A stretch of 43,932 nt of DNA from Acidimicrobiia bacterium (lineage in GTDB: Bacteria; Actinomycetota; Acidimicrobiia; Spongiisociales; SHLN01). A program made the translations under genes and the position numbers. The stretch lies in assembly GCA_041619515.1 (NCBI GenBank), contig JBFKDW010000018.1:1-43932 (forward strand), given 5' to 3'. Positions 37,800-43,932 of this stretch are shown in pieces. The notes beneath the pieces were generated by a model that was not told where the DNA came from, made no database searches, and worked only from the letters and a program-made list of their open reading frames with translations. Position 1 is the stretch's first letter; each line of letters starts with the position of its first letter.

Positions 37800-37872
37800 C
37801 AGGGCCGTAGGAGCCCGTGCCCGGGCAGCGACGCAGCACTTCCGATAGCGTTGTCCCCATGGAGGAGATCTG

Positions 37873-38547
37873 ATGGCACCGGCTGTCATCCTGGGACGGT
37901 TGCTCCTCGCCGCCCTCTGCAGTGGAGCCATCGGCTACGAGCGCGAGACGGCTCAGAAGGCGGCGGGGTTGCGCACCCACACGCTGGTTGGAGTAGGGGC
38001 TGCCATCTTCTCGGTGGCGTCGATCGTCGGCTTCGAAGCCCCCGACCAGTCGCGGATTGCCGCTCAGATCGTCACCGGCGTCGGCTTTCTCGGCGCGGGC
38101 GCCATCTTCCGCGAGGGCCAGGTGGTGAGAGGCTTGACCACTGCCGCAGGCTTGTGGGTGGCGGCCTCCATCGGCATGGCCGCCGGCTCGGGCAGCTACT
38201 GGCTGGCCGGCATCGGCACGACCGTGACGCTGCTCACGCTGTACGGGCTGCGGGCGGTTGACGAAGCCGTCGCCCGCCGCAAGGCCAAAGTGGGGCGCCG
38301 CCTCGAGATCTACATCAGCGACGTTAGGAAGCTCGAGAGCTTGTACAAGTTCATCCGGCGCATCGACCCCCAGGCCGAGGAGCTCGACTACAAACGGTCG
38401 GGTGATGGCGGGATCCTGGTGGTGGGGTGCGGAGCCGACCAGGTTTCGATGATGCGCGAGTTGCTGGCCTCACATCGGGCGGTGAGCCGGGTGGAGGAGC
38501 TGTCGCCGCTCTACTGGCCTCAGGGCACCGGCAACCGACCGGATTGA
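37873..38547 (+). CDS. MgtC/SapB-family protein
   Basis: IGYERE, AGLRTH, RIAAQIVTGVGFLGAG and GLTTAA; GGAGG RBS. Confidence 0.93.
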   Translation: MAPAVILGRLLLAALCSGAIGYERETAQKAAGLRTHTLVGVGAAIFSVASIVGFEAPDQSRIAAQIVTGVGFLGAGAIFREGQVVRGLTTAAGLWVAASIGMAAGSGSYWLAGIGTTVTLLTLYGLRAVDEAVARRKAKVGRRLEIYISDVRKLESLYKFIRRIDPQAEELDYKRSGDGGILVVGCGADQVSMMRELLASHRAVSRVEELSPLYWPQGTGNRPD

Positions 38548-38556
38548 TCCCACGGA

Positions 38557-39009
38557 TCAGATCCGATCCGCAGTGACCGCAGTGCCGTAACAGAAGATCT
38601 CGGCGCTGGGAACCCTGGGACCGACCTCGGACCACTCGAAGCGAGCGTTGACGATGAGCTGGGCGCCCAGTGCCTGTGCCTCCCCGATCATCCGCAGCCG
38701 CGCTTCGCGGCGGGCCCTGCTCAGCATCGTCTGGTACGCCTTGACCTCGCCGCCTATGAGGTTGCGCAACCCGGCAAGGAAGGATTTGAAGTAGTCGGCG
38801 GCGATCACCACCTCGCCCATCACGAGAGCGCCGTTGCCGCCGACGAAACCGGGCGGAACCTGGGCGACGTCGATCACCGTCACCGCCGCGGCCGCCGCCT
38901 CCCTCTGGTCGAGTTCGGCGAGGTGCCTGCGTTCGCGGAACCGACCGACGAGGAATCCGAGCAGCAGGAGCCCAATCGGGACGGCCAGCGAGATGAAGAG
39001 ACCGGTCAC
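38557..39009 (-). CDS. YbjQ-like (UPF0145) protein with N-terminal TM helix
   Basis: LRNLIGGEVKAY...ARREA...GAQLIVNARFE...YGTAV. Confidence 0.88.
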   Translation of the reverse strand: MTGLFISLAVPIGLLLLGFLVGRFRERRHLAELDQREAAAAAVTVIDVAQVPPGFVGGNGALVMGEVVIAADYFKSFLAGLRNLIGGEVKAYQTMLSRARREARLRMIGEAQALGAQLIVNARFEWSEVGPRVPSAEIFCYGTAVTADRI

Positions 39010-39010
39010 G

Positions 39011-39325
39011 TCAGTTCACCGTGACCGCGGTGCCATATGCGTAGAGCTCGGCGGCGCCGCCTGCCACCGACGAGGTCGTGAAGCGAACGTTGACGATCGC
39101 ATTGGCTCCGTATTCCTCCGCCTGGGCGACCATCCGGTCGATGGCCTCCTGGCGCGCTTCGGAGAGCAGTTCGGTGTAAGCCCGCAGCTCGCCACCCACG
39201 AGGTTCTTGAGTGCCGCACCGATGTCGCGTCCCACGTGTTTGGCACGAATCGTGTTGCCCTGTACCAGACCGTGATACCCGGTGATCTCCCTGCCGGGCA
39301 CGGTCTCGGTGTTGACGATGATCAC
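39011..39325 (-). CDS. YbjQ (UPF0145) protein
   Basis: IIVNTETVPG...LKNLVGGELRAY...GANAIVNVRF...AYGTAV; GGAGGA before GTG 39325. Confidence 0.92.
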   Translation of the reverse strand: MIIVNTETVPGREITGYHGLVQGNTIRAKHVGRDIGAALKNLVGGELRAYTELLSEARQEAIDRMVAQAEEYGANAIVNVRFTTSSVAGGAAELYAYGTAVTVN

Positions 39326-39420
39326 GGTCGATCTCCTCCCGATGGCTCGATGTTCCAAGCCTAGGGATGCCGTCTCCCAGCATGTGGTGCCGGGATCACC
39401 AGCGACCGCCGGTCCCGGAA

Positions 39421-40800
39421 CTACCCGGCCCCGGCTCCGGCTTCGAGCGTCGCCAATACCCGGCGGGCGAGCGGCGCCTGCAGTGGATGGAACTCCGGGC
39501 TCAGTTCCAGTGCCCGCCGCAGCTCCTCGATGGCACGAGCCTCGTCGCCGAGCGCGGCCGAAATGAGGCCGGCGTGGAACCACAGGTGGGGGTCGGGCGT
39601 GGCGAGGGCAAGAGCTCGGTCGGCGGCCGCCCGCGCTTCGATGAAGCGTTGGTTCTGGTAAAGCGCCCAGGCGTAGGTATCGAAAGCGAAAATGTCCCGG
39701 CGCACCGACAGCTCGGCTTCCGCCAGCTCCAGAGCCTCAATCGGTGCCAGCTCGCGATCGGACAAGAACAGCGAGAGCTCCCGGCGATAGACGGTGCTGG
39801 AGCTCAGCGTCTCCCGGGCGATGGCCTCGGCCGTCTGGTACAAGCGGCCGGCCGCCTCGTCATCGCCGGCAGCCTGGTACACGTCGCCCAGCGCCGACAG
39901 GAGCCCCGGATCGACTGTCAGGTTGTTGGCATCGATGTACAGCTCGATCGACTCGTCGAGCCGGCCCTGGGCGACGCGCACCTGTGCGAGCCCGGCCACC
40001 GCCAGGGGCAGCTCCGGATCGACCGCCAGAGCCGCCGCGTACCGGGCGGCCGCCGCCTCATACCTTCCGAGCTCGAATTCCAGGGCACCCTGGAAGGCGC
40101 GAAACCAGGCGACGTCTGAGGCACCTGCTCCCCCGGCGGTGGCCCCCGCCTCTGCCTGCGTTGCGAGGGACACGGCCGCGTCGGCGTCGCCTTCCAGGAA
40201 TGCCAGTTGCGCCAGCCGAGCTTGGATCGCCGGCGCCTCCGGTATCTCATCGTCAACCGCCAAAAAGGCGAGGCGGGCTCCGGCGAGATCGCCGAGGGCG
40301 AGGCGAGCGTCCCCCAAGATGGTCACGGCATCGAGTCGAGACGGATCGTCGGCGACGACCTCAGCAGCCAGATCCTCTGCCTCCCCGAATTGGTGAAGGC
40401 CGAGACGGGCGGATGCGAGCAGCGTTCTGGCGTCGAGGTTCCCAGCCCCGATGCGCAGCGCTCGCTCAAGCACGCCGGCAGCCTGCTGGTACGAGCTCGG
40501 GTCGCCGGTGGTGCGGGCGCTGATCAGATACAGCTCGCCCAGCACCGTCAGGTCGGTGCCGTCGTCGCGGTTGCGCACCCTGGATTCGAACACCCCGATG
40601 AGGCGCTCGACCTCGGCTTGCCGCCCGGCCGCGTCCCCCGCGGCCGGCTCTCCTCCCGAGGACGGCACGCCGCCCGGCACCGGAATGGGCAGGCGCCGTC
40701 CGGGCTCGCGCTCAGAGTCGCGCAGCCCGCTGAGCAGGTAGCCGCCCGCCACCACGATGGCAGTGGCGGCGACCACGCTCCAGACGCTCGGCCGCCTCAT
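39421..40800 (-). CDS. Exported/membrane-anchored tetratricopeptide repeat protein
   Basis: N-terminal TM helix and multiple TPR-like helical repeats (DTYAWALYQ, FHAGLI, RALELSPEF). Confidence 0.88.
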   Translation of the reverse strand: MRRPSVWSVVAATAIVVAGGYLLSGLRDSEREPGRRLPIPVPGGVPSSGGEPAAGDAAGRQAEVERLIGVFESRVRNRDDGTDLTVLGELYLISARTTGDPSSYQQAAGVLERALRIGAGNLDARTLLASARLGLHQFGEAEDLAAEVVADDPSRLDAVTILGDARLALGDLAGARLAFLAVDDEIPEAPAIQARLAQLAFLEGDADAAVSLATQAEAGATAGGAGASDVAWFRAFQGALEFELGRYEAAAARYAAALAVDPELPLAVAGLAQVRVAQGRLDESIELYIDANNLTVDPGLLSALGDVYQAAGDDEAAGRLYQTAEAIARETLSSSTVYRRELSLFLSDRELAPIEALELAEAELSVRRDIFAFDTYAWALYQNQRFIEARAAADRALALATPDPHLWFHAGLISAALGDEARAIEELRRALELSPEFHPLQAPLARRVLATLEAGAGAG

Positions 40801-40820
40801 CCGGTCGAGGCCCGATTCCG

Positions 40821-42983
40821 CTAGCGGGACCAGGCCGATGTATCACCCGACTCGAAACCGTCGGCGAAGATGCTCATGTCGGCTATCCCCAGGGTTCGCG
40901 AGTTGCGGAGCAGGATGGTGCGGCTCGCTGGGCGGTAGACACCCGGCGTTTCGAGACCATCGCCGTCCCAGTCACCGAACATCGGCTCGTCAAAGACATC
41001 GCCAAAATCGAGCCCCAGGTTGTTGGCAGGGCCGGTGTCGAGCGTGTTTCTCCAGAAGAACCTACCGTTGCGGTGGATACCGACCGTGTCCTTCCCGTCC
41101 CCATCGAAGTCCCCGGCGATGGGAGTGTCGAAGGGATTCCCGAAGAAGAAATCCAGTTCGGTTGGCGCCGGGTTGCCCCCGTAGCCGAGCTCATTGGTGA
41201 TGAACACCTTGCCGAGCGAAGGCCGGTAGATACTGACCGTGTCGTCGCCGTCGCCGTCCCAGTCCCCGATCAGCGGGATGTCGCCGGGGTTGCCGAAGAA
41301 GAATTCGATGTCGGCTATCCCAGTCGTGTTCGAGTTCCGCAAGAAGACCTTGCCGGCCGAACGACGGTACAGGCCGGGAGTCGCGATCCCGTCGCCGTCC
41401 CAGTCACCCAGGAAGGGATCGTCCGACGGGTTCCCGAAGAAGAACGGAGGGAGCGGCCCTCCCCCCAGCTGGCCGCGCACCGCGCCCGCCGGGAACATGT
41501 CGGTGTGGACGTTGATGTAGTAGCGATCCAGGTCGGCAAGTATTTGATCGATCAGAGCCTGGTCGGCGTCGACGCACCCTGCATCACCATTGGCAGGCCA
41601 GTCCAGGTTGACGACCACCGGGCCCGAGGTCCCGGCGGGTCCGTCATGGATGTGAGCGGCGGTAACGGTGCCGGAGAGCCCGGACAGGTTGAGGTCGAAG
41701 CACACTGTGCCGGTGTCGGTATTGAACGTAACGACCCCGGTGCCCGATCCCCCGGCGTCACCCGGGCCCGGCACCTCCTGATCCCCGGTGAGATCGGCCA
41801 GGATGGGGTCTACCAGGTACCACAACCCGGAATCCTGATCGATGACTCCCGTTGTGGCCGGCCTGGGTGCCGGTCCACCGGAGTGCGGCGGCCCGAGGTA
41901 GGGGAACACACTGAGATAGTCGGTGTGCGCGCCGATGCCGTCGCCGCCGATGGCGCCCACGCCGTCGCGCCCAGGGAACGGCTCGCCACCGGTCAGGATG
42001 TTGAGCTCGATGTCTATGACGTCGTCCTGCAGCCGGCGGCCGTTGAACGGCCCGGCGGCAGGCGTGCCGGTGTCGTAGAAGAGGACGTCGGGCAGCAGGA
42101 TGTCCGACAGGATGGCGAGCTGGCCCGAGTCGTACGCACCCTCCGAGTCGAGCGACGACAGGATGGCGATGGCCGCCTCGACGTTCGGCACCCAGGCGTC
42201 GTCGTTGAATGGATCACTCTGGTTGAAGATGTCCTTGGCGGTCGGGTCGGCGCCGATGAGGGGCCCGCTGCTGTTGATCACCGTGTTGATGGCAGGCCGG
42301 CCCATCCGGTCGGCCCGAGCCAGTTCGACCCCGTCGAAGATGTCGGTGGTGGCCCACACGTTGATGCCGGTGCCGACCGCGCTATCCGGCACCTCCAGCA
42401 CCAGCGCCAGCACGTTCAGGTCGGCGAAGAAGTCGGCTTCGTTGCCGTCGTTGAACGCCCGTCCGTTGTCGAACCCCTCGACCGAGCCCTGGAATCCTGC
42501 CAGGTCGAAGAAGAATGGATCCGATCTCAGCCCGGCGAAGAAGGTACCGCCGCCGTCTACCGCAAGATTCTGGTTGGTCAGCCCGGAGGCGACCTGGGCG
42601 GTTTCGCCGCCGAACTCGGATCGGAAGAGCTGCACGTCCTGGCTCCCGCCGCCCAGGGGTACCCCCGTGAACACCGTGTAGGCGATGTCGGCGAGGAAGT
42701 CACCTGTGTTGTCGATGTTGAAGGTGTAGATGGTGTCATTTCCGAAGTTGGTGGGCCCGATGACCCCGGCGCCCGGGCTCACCGTCATCGCTAAGACCGT
42801 GTTGGCCGCGTCGGAGCCCTCGAACGCGTAGAGGTCGCCGATGTCGGCTCGCGGTACGGGAGCCAGCGCCGGAGCATCCAGGTGGTCGGCCGCCAGGCCG
42901 GGGAGAGGTACCGTCCCAACCGTCAACGCCAGCAGCGACACCATCACCACCGTTACGAACAGGCCACGCCTCCGAGTCCTCAT
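40821..42983 (-). CDS. Secreted DUF4331 protein fused to a CHRD domain and GD(W/F)DGDG repeats
   Basis: Signal peptide; DUF4331 motifs ADHLDAP, DIGDLYAF, DPFFFD, DRMGRPAIN and NGRRLQDDVID; CHRD motifs AHIH and YINVHT...RGQL; four GD(W/F)DGDG repeats. Confidence 0.88.
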   Translation of the reverse strand: MRTRRRGLFVTVVMVSLLALTVGTVPLPGLAADHLDAPALAPVPRADIGDLYAFEGSDAANTVLAMTVSPGAGVIGPTNFGNDTIYTFNIDNTGDFLADIAYTVFTGVPLGGGSQDVQLFRSEFGGETAQVASGLTNQNLAVDGGGTFFAGLRSDPFFFDLAGFQGSVEGFDNGRAFNDGNEADFFADLNVLALVLEVPDSAVGTGINVWATTDIFDGVELARADRMGRPAINTVINSSGPLIGADPTAKDIFNQSDPFNDDAWVPNVEAAIAILSSLDSEGAYDSGQLAILSDILLPDVLFYDTGTPAAGPFNGRRLQDDVIDIELNILTGGEPFPGRDGVGAIGGDGIGAHTDYLSVFPYLGPPHSGGPAPRPATTGVIDQDSGLWYLVDPILADLTGDQEVPGPGDAGGSGTGVVTFNTDTGTVCFDLNLSGLSGTVTAAHIHDGPAGTSGPVVVNLDWPANGDAGCVDADQALIDQILADLDRYYINVHTDMFPAGAVRGQLGGGPLPPFFFGNPSDDPFLGDWDGDGIATPGLYRRSAGKVFLRNSNTTGIADIEFFFGNPGDIPLIGDWDGDGDDTVSIYRPSLGKVFITNELGYGGNPAPTELDFFFGNPFDTPIAGDFDGDGKDTVGIHRNGRFFWRNTLDTGPANNLGLDFGDVFDEPMFGDWDGDGLETPGVYRPASRTILLRNSRTLGIADMSIFADGFESGDTSAWSR

Positions 42984-43080
42984 CTGGTCTCCTCCCTGGG
43001 CCGACTATCGGCCATACGCGGACCCCCGCGCTGCTCTCGCTCCGCCCACACGCTGCGCAAGCACTTTCGCCGAACCTAGC

Positions 43081-43124
43081 AAAAACAAATGGGGGTGGTC
43101 CGGCCGCTCCGGCCCCCGGCCACA
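43081..43124 (-). terminator. Probable intrinsic terminator after the YccF gene
   Basis: GC-rich stem (gtggccgg...ccggaccac) followed by ATTTGTTTTT on the minus strand. Confidence 0.45.
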
Positions 43125-43141
43125 ATCAGAACCCACGGGTG

Positions 43142-43570
43142 TCAGCCGACCCGGTCCACCCGGACGATCACATCCCGTCCCCGGGCCTGCGCCTCATCGA
43201 CCGAAACGATGGTGTTGCCGAACGGAGCCAGCGCCGCTCCGGCCAGCTTGAGGTGCGCCACCGCGAACGGGAGACCGATGATGGTGACCGCGTTGAGCAC
43301 CGCCGCAACCAGATGACCGAGCGCCAGCCAGATGCCGGCGGCGATGATCCAGATGATGTTGCCGATGGCCGACAGACTGGGACTGGCACGAGGCCGCCCG
43401 ACCATGACCCTGCCGAAGGGCCACAACGCAAACCCGGCCAGTTTGAACGCCTGAATGCCGAAGGGGATGGTGATGATCAGGACAAACGCGATCATCCCGG
43501 CAACCGCGTACGCAAGCGCCATCCACAGCCCGCCAAGCACCAGCCAGAGTATGTTGCCGAGAAGCCGCAC
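43142..43570 (-). CDS. YccF-domain membrane protein
   Basis: GNILWLVLGG, TIPFG.QAFKLA...LWPFG, and a second repeat GNIIW...TIIGLPFA...APFG. Confidence 0.92.
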   Translation of the reverse strand: MRLLGNILWLVLGGLWMALAYAVAGMIAFVLIITIPFGIQAFKLAGFALWPFGRVMVGRPRASPSLSAIGNIIWIIAAGIWLALGHLVAAVLNAVTIIGLPFAVAHLKLAGAALAPFGNTIVSVDEAQARGRDVIVRVDRVG

Positions 43571-43713
43571 CTGTTCTCCGTGCCCCGCCGTATTCAGACC
43601 TTAACGCCGGGAACCGGCTTGGGGCTCCAGCACCCGGCGCGTTCGGTCAACCTCGATAGCCTCGCTTCTTGGCCTCGAGGGCCGGCGAGTCGGCCGGGGT
43701 CAGCTTCGTCCGC

Positions 43714-43932
43714 TCAGCCGCTGTCACCTGCCATCAGGCCTTCGAGGGTCGCCTCCAAGGCCGCCAGCCGGGCCTCCAGCGCCTCGTTCTCGGCCTCCAG
43801 GGCCGCCACCTGCTCGAGCAGGGCGCCGTCACCGGCCCCCAGCGTCCCTCCCGCCGTCGTCAAGGTCCCCGCGATGGTCAGGTTCCCCGCCGGGTCCAGC
43901 ACGAAGGTGCTGGCCGGACCGGGGCCCATCAC
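43714..43932 (-). CDS. C-terminal fragment of a protein ending in a coiled coil (5' partial)
   Basis: Frame is open to the window end. GNLTIAGTLTT beta segment, then heptad LEAENEALEARLAALE. Confidence 0.65.
   Translation of the reverse strand: MMGPGPASTFVLDPAGNLTIAGTLTTAGGTLGAGDGALLEQVAALEAENEALEARLAALEATLEGLMAGDSG

Noticed and set aside
38557..39325. Tandem YbjQ paralogs as a novelty
   Set aside because: A soluble plus TM-anchored YbjQ pair is, from recall, a common arrangement.
43714..43932. Phage tail fibre / peptidase S74 chaperone and hence a prophage
   Set aside because: Only a coiled-coil tail is visible; there is no S74 catalytic motif and no phage genes nearby.

Overview
High-GC bacterial chromosomal segment with about 43 coding regions and no rRNA, tRNA, CRISPR array or recognisable mobile element. 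Gene content suggests an actinobacterium, probably Acidimicrobiia (inference). From left to right: (i) a copper module with two His/Asp-repeat cupredoxins, a cytochrome c lipoprotein, a DUF3105 protein, a CPH-type P1B ATPase and a MerR regulator with two visible operators; (ii) housekeeping genes (LysM/M23, arginase, YceI, FMN reductase, ABC exporter, phosphoribosyltransferase, ppc); (iii) the main finding, a tightly coupled six-gene operon (16696-24380) encoding a Tat-exported type II DMSO-reductase-family molybdoenzyme whose alpha and beta subunits carry signatures of the periplasmic Nitrospira/anammox-type nitrite oxidoreductase clade. It also encodes a small unknown protein, a TorD-like chaperone, a C-terminally anchored heme b gamma subunit and an unknown polytopic membrane protein, and lies divergent from an Rrf2 regulator with a DosR-like box upstream; (iv) transport and metabolic genes, a 67/134-bp palindromic tandem array, a perfect CRP/GlxR site, and a DUF4331-CHRD-repeat surface protein paired with a TPR protein. 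All family calls come from motif recognition by eye; no database searches were run.
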